Assembly (NCBI GenBank): GCA_049303905.1
Contig: JBAQNP010000020.1
Span: 5,584-69,583, forward strand
Direction: 5' to 3'
Length of the DNA: 64,000 nt
From: Candidatus Moraniibacteriota bacterium
GTDB taxonomy: Bacteria > Patescibacteriota > Minisyncoccia > Moranbacterales > UBA2206
The position numbers were made by a program, and so were the translations under genes. The notes beneath the pieces were generated by a model. That model was not told where the DNA came from. It did not search any database and saw only the letters and a program-made list of their open reading frames with translations. This document shows, one piece after another, positions 46,139 through 55,555 of this stretch. Numbering within the stretch: position 1 is the first letter of the stretch; the number at the start of each line of letters is the position of its first letter.

Positions 46139-46579
46139 ATGGAGAATTTACAAATAAAATTTAAGATAGTCACTCCCGAAAAAACTGTCTTCGAAGATAT
46201 CGTCGATCAGGCGACTTTGCCGACCACGGATGGGGAAATAACAATCCTGCCAAATCATCGTAGTTATATTTCCAGTTTGAAAGCTGGAGAATTGATGCTT
46301 CGAAAAGGTGAGGAAGAAATTTTGCTTTCTATTTCTGGTGGATTTATTGAATTTCATGAAAATGAATTGATTATTTTGGCAGATACAGCGGAACGAGCCG
46401 AGGAAATTGATCTAGCTCGCGCCGAAGAAGGCCGAAAGAAGGCTGAGGAGCTGAAAACTCAAAGAGTTTCGATGGATGAAAATGAATATGCTCGCGTAGC
46501 GGCTGCCATTCAAAAAGAATCCGCCCGAATTCGCGTAGCGAGAAAGCATTATACAAAAAGAGGAATGAAGATTGATTAG
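46139..46579 (+). CDS. atpC: ATP synthase F1 subunit epsilon
   Basis: Beta-sandwich N-domain (KIVTPEKTVFEDIVDQATLPTTDGEITILPNH) and helical C-terminus. Confidence 0.85.
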   Translation: MENLQIKFKIVTPEKTVFEDIVDQATLPTTDGEITILPNHRSYISSLKAGELMLRKGEEEILLSISGGFIEFHENELIILADTAERAEEIDLARAEEGRKKAEELKTQRVSMDENEYARVAAAIQKESARIRVARKHYTKRGMKID

Positions 46580-46612
46580 ATTTATTTTTACTAATTATTA
46601 ATTTATTTTTTT

Positions 46613-47044
46613 ATGGAATTTATGGAAACAAAAATACAAACAACCACCGTTGGGGAAGGAGAAAAAGAAAAAATGATTATTGAAAAAGCTCACGAAATTT
46701 TTGCCAACTGGAATGAATCTTTACAAACTAAAGATCCGCAAAAAGTTGCGGCACTTTATTCCAAAGATTGCACATTTTTGCCAACAGTTTCACCTGAATT
46801 TAAAAGGGGTCAGGATGGAGCGGAAGAATACTTTCATCATTTTCTTGAAAAAGATCCCAATGGGACAATTGTAGAAGATGCAGTTCAAGTTATCCCCGCA
46901 GGATCAATTCTTCATTCTGGACGATATGATTTTGAAGTTGGCCCAGAAAATGAAAGACAAATCGTAGAGGCCAGATTTTCTTTCGTATATAAACCAGATG
47001 GTGAAATTATGCATCATCATTCATCAAAAAAACCAGTAGCCTAA
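46613..47044 (+). CDS. NTF2-like (SnoaL/DUF4440, SgcJ/EcaC-type) protein
   Basis: 143 aa, LYSKDCTFLPT...G...RFSFVYKP.DG...HHHSS pattern. Confidence 0.55.
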   Translation: MEFMETKIQTTTVGEGEKEKMIIEKAHEIFANWNESLQTKDPQKVAALYSKDCTFLPTVSPEFKRGQDGAEEYFHHFLEKDPNGTIVEDAVQVIPAGSILHSGRYDFEVGPENERQIVEARFSFVYKPDGEIMHHHSSKKPVA

Positions 47045-47071
47045 GGGTCGCTGGATTACACTTTCTAAGAC

Positions 47072-47116
47072 GGCGTTTTTCGGGTATCATTCCGGAAAAC
47101 GCTGTTTTTGTTTTTC
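47072..47116 (+). terminator. Rho-independent terminator
   Basis: ggcgtttttcggg-tatcatt-ccggaaaacgctg followed by tttttgtttttc. Confidence 0.7.
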
Positions 47117-47169
47117 TTGAAATAAATGAAAAAATAGGATAGAATAGGAAAGTATTAAAACTTTACTTT

Positions 47170-49608
47170 ATGGAAAAATACGAACCTAAAGAAATCGAGC
47201 CTAAATGGCAAAAAAAGTGGGCAGAAAACCCGGATAATTTTAGCGCTAAAAATGACTCTGACAAGGAAAAAGCCTTTATATTAGACATGTTTCCCTATCC
47301 GTCAGGGGCGGGGCTACACGTGGGGCATGTGGAAAGCTATACGGCGACGGACATATATTCTCGCTATCTTCGAATGAATGGGAAAAATGTGCTTCATCCG
47401 CAGGGTTTTGACGCTTTTGGTCTTCCAGCGGAAAATTATGCGATAAAGACGGGAATTCATCCAAAAGAAACAATTTCCAACGCGGTAGAAGTTTTCAAGC
47501 GTCAAATTGATTCACTTGGTTTTTCTTATGATTGGTCGCGCGAAGTTAATTCATCAGTACCTGAATATTATAAATGGACACAGTGGTTGTTTCTTTTGTT
47601 TTATAAAAATGGTTTGGCGTACAAGAAAAAAGCCAAGGTGAATTGGTGTCCAAAATGTCAAACGGTTCTGGCAAATGAGCAGGCGGAAAATGGCAAATGC
47701 GAAAGATGCGAATCGGAAGTTATTCAAAAAGATCTCGAGCAATGGTTTTTCAAAATTACTGATTTCATTGAAGACAAAGGAAAAACTTCTGGGCTATTAA
47801 ACGGCTTAGAAAAAATTGATTGGCCAAATTCAACAAAGCTTTTGCAAAAAAATTGGATTGGAAAATCAGAGGGCGCAGAAGTTTATTTTAAATTTGAGAA
47901 TAGCGATGAAGTGGTTTCTGTTTATACTACTCGAGTGGACACTATTTTTTCTTGTACTTATATAATTCTAGCTCCTGAGCTTGAGCTAGTTGAAAAAATA
48001 ACAACAAAAGAACAAAAAGAGGAAGTTGATGCATATATTAAACAAGCTAATTCCAAAACTGATTTAGAGCGAACTGGAACACAAAAAAATAAAACTGGAG
48101 TTTTCACGGGAGCCTTTGTTATTAATCCAGCTACAAATGAAAAAATTCCTGTTTGGATTTCTGATTTTGTTTTGGCTGGATATGGAACTGGTTCTGTTTT
48201 TGCTGATGCTCATGATGAAAGAGATTTCGAAATGGCAAAAAAATATAATATTCCACTTAAAGTTTCTATTAAGCCAGCGGACGAAAGTTTATGGGAAAAA
48301 GTAAAAAATCTTGAAGAGTGTTATCCGGATGATGGCGTCCTAGTAAATTCCGAGCAATTTGATGGCTTGACTTCATCTGAAGCAAGAGCCGAAATTACAA
48401 AATGGCTAGAAGAAAATAATTCAGGTAAAAGAGCGATAAAATATAAACTTCGAGATTGGCTAGTTAGCCGACAAAGATATTGGGGCGCGCCTATTCCAAT
48501 TATATATTGTGAAAAATGCGGTGAGGTGCCAGTGCCAGAAATTGATTTGCCAGTTGAATTGCCGGATGATGTGGATTTCAAACCGACCGGGGAATCTCCT
48601 CTAAAATATTCCAAAAAATTTCAAGAAGTGAAATGTCCAAAATGTGGAGGGGAAGCAAGAAGAGAATCGGACACGATGGACACTTTTGTTTGCTCTAGCT
48701 GGTACTATTTACGCTACGCTGACCCAAAAAATGAAAAAGAATTTGCTTCCAAAGAAAAACTGGAAAAATGGCTTCCGGTGGATCTTTATGTCGGCGGAGC
48801 GGAGCACAGTGTGCTTCATCTTCTTTACGCCCGATTTTTCACGAAAGTTTTGCATAATTTGGGGTACCTAAATTTCGATGAACCATTTTTGAAACTGCGT
48901 CACCAAGGAACAATTCTGGCGGAAGACGGAACGAAAATGTCAAAATCAAAAGGCAATGTGGTCAATCCGGATGATGTTGTGAAAGAATTTGGCGCGGATG
49001 CTCTTCGATTTTTTGAAATGTTTATGGGGCCTTTGGAAGATATGAAGCCGTGGCAGACAAAAGGTATTGTGGGAGTGAGGAGATTTTTGGAAAAAATATG
49101 GAAAATTCAGTATAAAGTATCAAGTATAAAGTATCAGGTATCAAATAAAAAGCTAGAATCCCTGATGCATAAAACAATTAAAAAGGTTAGTGGGGATATT
49201 GAAGAAATGAAATTTAATACTGCAATAAGTCAATTAATGATTTTGGCTAATGTTTTTGATAAAGAAGATGAAATAAACTTAATACATTATACTTTATACT
49301 TACTACTGCTTAGTCCTTTCGCACCGCATCTAGCTGAAGAACTCTGGGAAAAATTAGGGCACAATGAGTCGATATTTTTGCAAAAATGGCCTGTGTATGA
49401 TCCGGAAATGATTAAGGACGAAGAAATAGAACTTATTATTCAAATCAATGGAAAAGTGCGCGATAAGATAACTGTGAATGCAGATATTTCAGAAGACGAA
49501 GCAAAAATGATTGTGCTTGAAAGAGAAAAAGTTAAGATTCATATCGCAGAAAAAGAGATAAAAAAAATTATATTTGTTAAGGGGAGATTAATAAACATAG
49601 TAGTTTGA
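47170..49608 (+). CDS. leuS: Leucine--tRNA ligase
   Basis: HVGHVESYTATD (HIGH motif), KMSKSKGN motif, 812 aa. Contains an in-frame heptamer repeat block (agtataa/agtatca) at about 49100-49140. Confidence 0.95.
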   Translation: MEKYEPKEIEPKWQKKWAENPDNFSAKNDSDKEKAFILDMFPYPSGAGLHVGHVESYTATDIYSRYLRMNGKNVLHPQGFDAFGLPAENYAIKTGIHPKETISNAVEVFKRQIDSLGFSYDWSREVNSSVPEYYKWTQWLFLLFYKNGLAYKKKAKVNWCPKCQTVLANEQAENGKCERCESEVIQKDLEQWFFKITDFIEDKGKTSGLLNGLEKIDWPNSTKLLQKNWIGKSEGAEVYFKFENSDEVVSVYTTRVDTIFSCTYIILAPELELVEKITTKEQKEEVDAYIKQANSKTDLERTGTQKNKTGVFTGAFVINPATNEKIPVWISDFVLAGYGTGSVFADAHDERDFEMAKKYNIPLKVSIKPADESLWEKVKNLEECYPDDGVLVNSEQFDGLTSSEARAEITKWLEENNSGKRAIKYKLRDWLVSRQRYWGAPIPIIYCEKCGEVPVPEIDLPVELPDDVDFKPTGESPLKYSKKFQEVKCPKCGGEARRESDTMDTFVCSSWYYLRYADPKNEKEFASKEKLEKWLPVDLYVGGAEHSVLHLLYARFFTKVLHNLGYLNFDEPFLKLRHQGTILAEDGTKMSKSKGNVVNPDDVVKEFGADALRFFEMFMGPLEDMKPWQTKGIVGVRRFLEKIWKIQYKVSSIKYQVSNKKLESLMHKTIKKVSGDIEEMKFNTAISQLMILANVFDKEDEINLIHYTLYLLLLSPFAPHLAEELWEKLGHNESIFLQKWPVYDPEMIKDEEIELIIQINGKVRDKITVNADISEDEAKMIVLEREKVKIHIAEKEIKKIIFVKGRLINIVV

Positions 49609-49719
49609 ATCATTTTAACATCCTAGCATTTTAACATATTAGCATCGCTAAAGTAGCATTATTTGATAAAATGCTAAAATGTTAATATGTTAATATGTTA
49701 ATATGTTAAATGAACTTTT

Positions 49720-50400
49720 ATGCAAGCAGTCATACTCGCGGCGGGTCGGGGGAAGAGAATGGGAAATTTGACAACGGCAACAACCAAGCCAATGCTTAAA
49801 ATCAAAGGCAAACCGATCTTGGAACATAAAATAAATGCTTTGCCAAAAAAAATCAAAGAGATTATTTTTATCGTGGGTTATCGAAGCGAGGATATAATTC
49901 GTCACTTCAAAAGATATTACAATGGTCGAAAAATTATTTATGTTTTTCAAACTAATCTAAATGGTACTGGTGGCGCGATTCATTTGGCGAAAAGTATTTT
50001 GCGGGATAAATTCTTAGTAATGATGGGCGATGATTTATACACTAAAAAAGATTTGAACAATCTCCTGAAACATGATTTGGCAATTTTGGGTTTTGAAGTT
50101 GACAATCCGAGTGCTTTTGGAGTGATTAAGGTTAATAAAAATAAACATATGATAGACGTGGTTGAAAAACCTAAGAATATGAAAAAAGCCTTAGCTAACA
50201 CTGGAGTATATGTTTTGAATCGTAATTTTTTTGATTATGAATTAGTTTCTGTGGGTAATGGAGAATTTGGACTGCCACAAACTATGGCTAAAATGGCGAA
50301 GGATCATAAAATAAAAGTGGAAAAAGCGACATATTGGCATGCGATTGGTAATCCTGAAAACCTAAAAGAAGCCGAAAAAGTTTTGAATAAATTTATTTAA
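49720..50400 (+). CDS. Sugar-phosphate nucleotidyltransferase (NTP_transferase fold)
   Basis: AVILAAGRGKRMG and GTGGAI motifs. Confidence 0.75.
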   Translation: MQAVILAAGRGKRMGNLTTATTKPMLKIKGKPILEHKINALPKKIKEIIFIVGYRSEDIIRHFKRYYNGRKIIYVFQTNLNGTGGAIHLAKSILRDKFLVMMGDDLYTKKDLNNLLKHDLAILGFEVDNPSAFGVIKVNKNKHMIDVVEKPKNMKKALANTGVYVLNRNFFDYELVSVGNGEFGLPQTMAKMAKDHKIKVEKATYWHAIGNPENLKEAEKVLNKFI

Positions 50401-50404
50401 TTTT

Positions 50405-51745
50405 ATGAAATTATTTGGTACTGATGGAATTCGAGCTTTGGTAAATGAAGAAATGATGAGTCCGGAAATGGGAGTTAAAATGGGAATAGCTCTGGTTTCA
50501 TATTGTCAAAAAAGAAATGCGCCATTGAAAATTGTCATTGGGCGAGACACACGAGAGTCGGGCGTGATGTTGGAAGAAGCGATTGTTTGTGGAATAATTT
50601 CTATGGGTGGGACGGCGGTTTTGGCTGGAATAATTCCAACTCCTGGTGTGGCATATTTAGTCGGCGAACAAAAAGCTGGGGCGGGGATAGTAATTTCTGC
50701 TTCACATAATTCTTTTGAATATAATGGACTAAAGCCTTTCAATGCTGACGGCACAAAACTTAATGATGAACAAGAATTGGAGTTGCAAAAATATATCCTA
50801 GAAGGAGTGACAAAAAAAACAGGAAAGGATTTTGTTTTGGGGCAAAAAACAGTTTTGCCTGATGCTAAAGAAAAATATACTAATTTTCTCCTAAACAAAG
50901 TTTCTAATTTAGAATTGGTAAGCTTAAAAATAGTTTTGGATTGCGCTAATGGAGCGACTTTTGAAACGGCTCCGATGGTATTTGAAAAAAAAGCCAGTGA
51001 AGTGGAAATTTTTTTTGCCAGTCCAAATGGGAAAAATATTAACAGTGATTGCGGTTCTCAGCACGTTGAAGCGCTCAAGAAAAAAGTTTTGGAAAAAAAA
51101 GCTGATCTTGGATTGGCTTTCGATGGTGATGGAGACAGACTAATTGTAGTTGACGAAAAAGGTAATGTGCTAAATGGCGATCAGATAATTTATATTATCG
51201 CTAAGATGATGCATGAAAAAGGAGAATTGAAAAATGAGGCCGTTGTTACGACAGTTATGAGTAATATTGGGTTTATTAGTAGTTTGAAAAAAATTGGAAT
51301 CAAACATTTTGTGGTTGGCGTGGGCGATCGGCAAGTGTCTCAGGAGATGAAAAAAAGAGAGATTGTTCTTGGCGGGGAAGAATCTGGCCATATTATTATG
51401 TCTAATTTTCAACCAACAGGCGACGGAATGGCTTCGGGATTGATGTTGATTTCGGCTATTAATTATTTCAAGAAAAATTTGTCAGAATTAGTTCGTGAGA
51501 TAACACTGTTTCCAAAAATTTTGGTCAATGTTTCGGTGAAAAAAAAGCCAGAATTAGAAACCATTCCAGAAATTATGGAGATTATAAAAAAAATTGAAAA
51601 TATCTTAGGAGAGAACGGACGCGTGCTTGTGAGATATTCTGGTACGGAAAGTTTGTGTCGAGTTATGATTGAAGGCAGAGACAAAGAAGAAATTAAAAAT
51701 TATGCCGATCAAATAGTGGAAATTATAAATAATTATTTGGGCTGA
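50405..51745 (+). CDS. glmM: Phosphoglucosamine mutase
   Basis: MKLFGTDGIRALVNEEM and the SASHNSFEYNGLK active-site Ser loop. Confidence 0.9.
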   Translation: MKLFGTDGIRALVNEEMMSPEMGVKMGIALVSYCQKRNAPLKIVIGRDTRESGVMLEEAIVCGIISMGGTAVLAGIIPTPGVAYLVGEQKAGAGIVISASHNSFEYNGLKPFNADGTKLNDEQELELQKYILEGVTKKTGKDFVLGQKTVLPDAKEKYTNFLLNKVSNLELVSLKIVLDCANGATFETAPMVFEKKASEVEIFFASPNGKNINSDCGSQHVEALKKKVLEKKADLGLAFDGDGDRLIVVDEKGNVLNGDQIIYIIAKMMHEKGELKNEAVVTTVMSNIGFISSLKKIGIKHFVVGVGDRQVSQEMKKREIVLGGEESGHIIMSNFQPTGDGMASGLMLISAINYFKKNLSELVREITLFPKILVNVSVKKKPELETIPEIMEIIKKIENILGENGRVLVRYSGTESLCRVMIEGRDKEEIKNYADQIVEIINNYLG

Positions 51746-51856
51746 AAATTCACCCCAGTGGAATACGGACTTATAAAATAATCAAAATTAAATTAAATTT
51801 ATTTTTTAATATCGCTTCGGGTTTAATATATTATTATTCCACGGGGTAAAAATATT

Positions 51857-53695
51857 ATGTGTGGAATAATTGCTTATATTGGAAAACAAAAAGCGGTGCC
51901 AATTCTTCTGGAAGGACTAAAGCAACTTGAATATCGAGGCTATGATAGCGCTGGAATTTCTGTTATTCAAAATGAGAAAATAACTACCATAAAAGCGGTA
52001 GGAAAAGTGGTGGAATTGCAAAATAAAATTGGTAGCCTAGAATTTATTGGAAATATTGGTATTGCTCATACGCGGTGGGCAACACATGGGAAGCCAAGCG
52101 ATGTGAATTCTCATCCGCATGGAGATTGTCAGGGAAATATTTTTTTGGTGCATAATGGGATAATTGAAAATTATCAAGAACTTAAAAAATTGCTTCAAAA
52201 GAAAAAACATAAATTTGTTTCAGAAACCGACTCGGAAGTTTTGGCGCATCTCATTGAAGAATTTAATAAGAAGTTTGATTTTAAAAAATCTGTTTTGGAA
52301 GCTTTGAAACTTATTCGTGGAACTTATGGTTTAGCGATAATTTCTGCGCGAGAGCCGGACAAAATAATTATCGCTAGAAATGGTTCACCCTTGATACTTG
52401 GAATTGGCAAAGATGAATTTATTGTAGCATCCGACGCCAGCGCCATTGTGCGCCACACTGACAAAGTGATTTATTTGGATGATGGAGAAATGGCCGAGAT
52501 TAGTGCGGATGATTTTGAAATTAGCAATATTAAAAACAAGGTCGTGAGCAAGGAAATTTCTAAATTAAATTGGACATTAGAGGAGTCAAAAAAAGGTGGA
52601 TTCTCGCACTTTATGCTCAAAGAAATTTTCGAACAACCAGAGGTGATTGCAAACGGTCTGCGTGGCAGAGTAGAGCATTTCTTGTCGGAAGATAATTTTC
52701 CGATTCTTGGTGGACTTCGTCCGATAGAAAAAAGACTTCGGCGTATCAAAAAAATTATCATCGTCGCTTGTGGTACTTCATATTATTCCGGATTAGTCGG
52801 AGAATATATGCTCGAAGAATATGCCGGAATTCCAACGGAAGTGGAATATGCCTCTGAGTTTCGCTATCGGAAACCAATTTTAGATTCTTCAACAGCTGTT
52901 GTGGCAATTTCTCAATCAGGTGAAACAGCCGATACATTGGCGGCCATTCGTGAAGCTAAAAACAAAGGAGCGCTGACACTGGGAATTGTGAATGTGGTTG
53001 GTTCAACCATTGCACGCGAAACAGATGCAGGAACTCACACACTATCTGGTCCGGAAATTGGGGTAGCTTCAACCAAGGCTTTCACTACGCAACTTGTAGT
53101 TTTGGCGCTGTGGACAATGATGCTTGGGCGACAAAGAGACATGTCAAATGTGATGAATAAACGAATTGCAATGGAGCTAAAAAATATGCCAAAAATCATT
53201 GAAGGAATTTTAAAAAAATCTAAGGAGATAAAAAAGATTGCTAAAAAATATTCGAGCGCTAAAGATTTTTTGTATCTAGGTAGAAAATATAATTTTCCGA
53301 TTGCACTTGAAGGAGCGCTAAAGATAAAAGAAATTTCCTATGTGCACGCTGAAGGCTATGCGACAGGAGAAATGAAACACGGTCCAATTGCACTAATTGA
53401 CGAAAACTTCCCTTCAATTTTCATTTGCCCGAAAGACAGTGTCTATGAAAAAAATATTTCTGGCATGCAAGAAATCAAAGCGCGTGGTGGAAAAATAATT
53501 GCCATTGCTACGATGGGCGACAAAGAAATTGCGCGCATTGCCGACGACGTAATTTATATTCCAAAAACTTTGGAAATGCTTACGCCCTTTATTTCAGTTA
53601 TTCCTTTGCAACTCTTTGCCTATTATTTTGGCGTGGCCAAAGGTTATGATGTGGACAAGCCAAGGAATTTAGCTAAGAGTGTGACGGTAGAATAA
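51857..53695 (+). CDS. glmS: Glutamine--fructose-6-phosphate aminotransferase
   Basis: MCGIIAYIG Ntn start and two SIS domains. Confidence 0.95.
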   Translation: MCGIIAYIGKQKAVPILLEGLKQLEYRGYDSAGISVIQNEKITTIKAVGKVVELQNKIGSLEFIGNIGIAHTRWATHGKPSDVNSHPHGDCQGNIFLVHNGIIENYQELKKLLQKKKHKFVSETDSEVLAHLIEEFNKKFDFKKSVLEALKLIRGTYGLAIISAREPDKIIIARNGSPLILGIGKDEFIVASDASAIVRHTDKVIYLDDGEMAEISADDFEISNIKNKVVSKEISKLNWTLEESKKGGFSHFMLKEIFEQPEVIANGLRGRVEHFLSEDNFPILGGLRPIEKRLRRIKKIIIVACGTSYYSGLVGEYMLEEYAGIPTEVEYASEFRYRKPILDSSTAVVAISQSGETADTLAAIREAKNKGALTLGIVNVVGSTIARETDAGTHTLSGPEIGVASTKAFTTQLVVLALWTMMLGRQRDMSNVMNKRIAMELKNMPKIIEGILKKSKEIKKIAKKYSSAKDFLYLGRKYNFPIALEGALKIKEISYVHAEGYATGEMKHGPIALIDENFPSIFICPKDSVYEKNISGMQEIKARGGKIIAIATMGDKEIARIADDVIYIPKTLEMLTPFISVIPLQLFAYYFGVAKGYDVDKPRNLAKSVTVE

Positions 53696-53702
53696 ATATT
53701 CT

Positions 53703-53775
53703 TGTCATCCTGAATTTATTTCAGGATCTTCTAAGGGCGCTTAATTGAGATGCTGAAAACAAGTTCAGTATGACA
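53703..53775 (+). repeat. Double-hairpin element family 2 copy, immediately downstream of glmS
   Basis: tgtcatcctgaatttatttcaggatc...gagatgctgaaaacaagttcagtatgaca. Confidence 0.7.
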
Positions 53776-53789
53776 GACCTTTTAATTTT

Positions 53790-54170
53790 ATGGATATTAG
53801 CTCAATCAAAAACACCCGAGAATTTTTTTGGACGAATCATTCTAAAATGAAACTTCTTCAGTATGGCTTGAGTCCGAGTTCTGTCAAAAGTGTGATCAGG
53901 CGACCTGATCGAACTGAAACTGGCATCGCGCCCAAAACTACGGCGGTGATGAAAAGAAAAGATTCGAAGAAAACTAAAAAAGAGGTTTGGGTGATGATAC
54001 AGAAACATAAAGCATATAACATGAAACATGAAACAAATAAAAAAGAAAAAATGCTTCATGGAGTTAGTTCAAAAACAAAAATAATTTCTGCGTGGATTTA
54101 TCCGGGGGTGAGTCCGAAAGGGAAGGATATTTATGTGCCGGAGGATGTGTGGGGTGCTTTGAATGAATAG
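53790..54170 (+). CDS. Hypothetical protein carrying an MKHET element insertion
   Basis: 126-aa ORF with no recognised family. The internal segment KAYNMKHETNKKEK is encoded by the AT-rich repeat at 54003-54060. Confidence 0.4.
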   Translation: MDISSIKNTREFFWTNHSKMKLLQYGLSPSSVKSVIRRPDRTETGIAPKTTAVMKRKDSKKTKKEVWVMIQKHKAYNMKHETNKKEKMLHGVSSKTKIISAWIYPGVSPKGKDIYVPEDVWGALNE

Positions 54171-54332
54171 AAAAGTTGTTTGGCTTTTTTCCTTACGAAT
54201 TACGAATTTATTACAAATATACGAATGTACGAATAATTAAAAGAATGGGAATGGGTTATTATTTTAAGGTCAAAACTTTATCGATAAAATTGAAATAGGC
54301 TTTATTTAAGGCAAAAAATATATAGAATAATT

Positions 54333-55430
54333 ATGAATATTGAGAAAATCGAACAAATATTAAAAGATCAAAAACAGCCGAAATTTCGCTTGGGGCAGAT
54401 TAAAAAAGCCGTCTATCAAGACGGGATTTCGAGTTTTTCTGAAATTTCGACGATTCCGAAAGAGTTGAGAAGTGTTTTGGAAAAAGAAAGAATACTTTCT
54501 TTTGAAGTGGAAAAAGTTTTAGTTTCAAAGGATGGAAATTCAGCCAAGGCGCTTTTGAAACTAGATGATGGAAACAAAATTGAAACAGTTTTGATTTCTC
54601 CGAAAGCGGATATCTGGTCAGTCTGCATTTCTTGTCAGGTTGGCTGTCCGATGAATTGCGCTTTTTGCGCGACGGGGCAGACGGGATTTAAAAGAAATCT
54701 AACAGCAGAAGAAATAACGGATCAGGTTTTGTTTTGGAAACAATACCTCATGAAGCATGAAACATATAACATGAAACAAAAAACAAATTCAAAATTAAAA
54801 TTATCCAATGTTGTCTATATGGGGATGGGGGAACCATTTTTGAATTGGGGGGAAGTTTTGGAAAGCTTGAAAATTTTGTCAGATCCTAAAGGTATGGCTT
54901 TTGGTTCGCGTTCAATTTCGATTTCGACCGTGGGAATTCCTGGTGGAATAGAAAAATTAACCGAAGATTTCCCACAAGTGAATTTGGCAGTGTCACTTCA
55001 TTTTTCCCAAGATAAAAACAGAAATGAATTTATGCCGGCGAACAAAAATCTAAATTTAGAAAAACTGAAAGTTGAGTTGGAAAAATATTTCGAAAAATCT
55101 AGTCGAAAAATTTTTTTGGAATATATTATGTTTTCCGGGCTCAATGACAGCGAGAAAGATGCAAAAAATCTATTAGAATATATTAAATCTTTCAAAAAAC
55201 CGCAACTCTTGCATGTGAATTTGATTCGATACAACTCTTCGAGCAATAATCAAGAAACAAGAGCCAAGAAACAAAAAATAACAAAAGCAGATAAATTCGT
55301 TTCTTCTAGTGCAGAGCAAGCAGTGAAATTTAGAAATTATCTTCTAGAGAACAAAATTAACTGCACAATCAGAAGAAGTCTTGGTACGGACATCGAAGGA
55401 GCTTGTGGACAGTTGGCAGGAAAAAAATAA
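54333..55430 (+). CDS. rlmN: 23S rRNA (adenine2503-C2)-methyltransferase RlmN (radical SAM)
   Basis: CISCQVGCPMNCAFC cluster and the C-terminal GTDIEGACGQL. Contains an MKHET insertion at 54747-54786. Confidence 0.9.
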   Translation: MNIEKIEQILKDQKQPKFRLGQIKKAVYQDGISSFSEISTIPKELRSVLEKERILSFEVEKVLVSKDGNSAKALLKLDDGNKIETVLISPKADIWSVCISCQVGCPMNCAFCATGQTGFKRNLTAEEITDQVLFWKQYLMKHETYNMKQKTNSKLKLSNVVYMGMGEPFLNWGEVLESLKILSDPKGMAFGSRSISISTVGIPGGIEKLTEDFPQVNLAVSLHFSQDKNRNEFMPANKNLNLEKLKVELEKYFEKSSRKIFLEYIMFSGLNDSEKDAKNLLEYIKSFKKPQLLHVNLIRYNSSSNNQETRAKKQKITKADKFVSSSAEQAVKFRNYLLENKINCTIRRSLGTDIEGACGQLAGKK

Positions 55431-55555
55431 TTTTTCATACTACCGTATTCTAGTATACGGTAGTGTTCTTGAGACTCTAAGGGTTTATAAATTCTTGACC
55501 CTTAGGGTCTGAAAAATTGGATTGCCTAATTCCCTTTTTTGACGTAGAATAAAGA

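Noticed and set aside
51746-51856. glmS ribozyme upstream of glmS
   Set aside because: The leader is only about 110 nt, AT-rich, and lacks the conserved GC-rich pseudoknot core of the glmS ribozyme. Only a long-range inverted repeat is present (reported separately).
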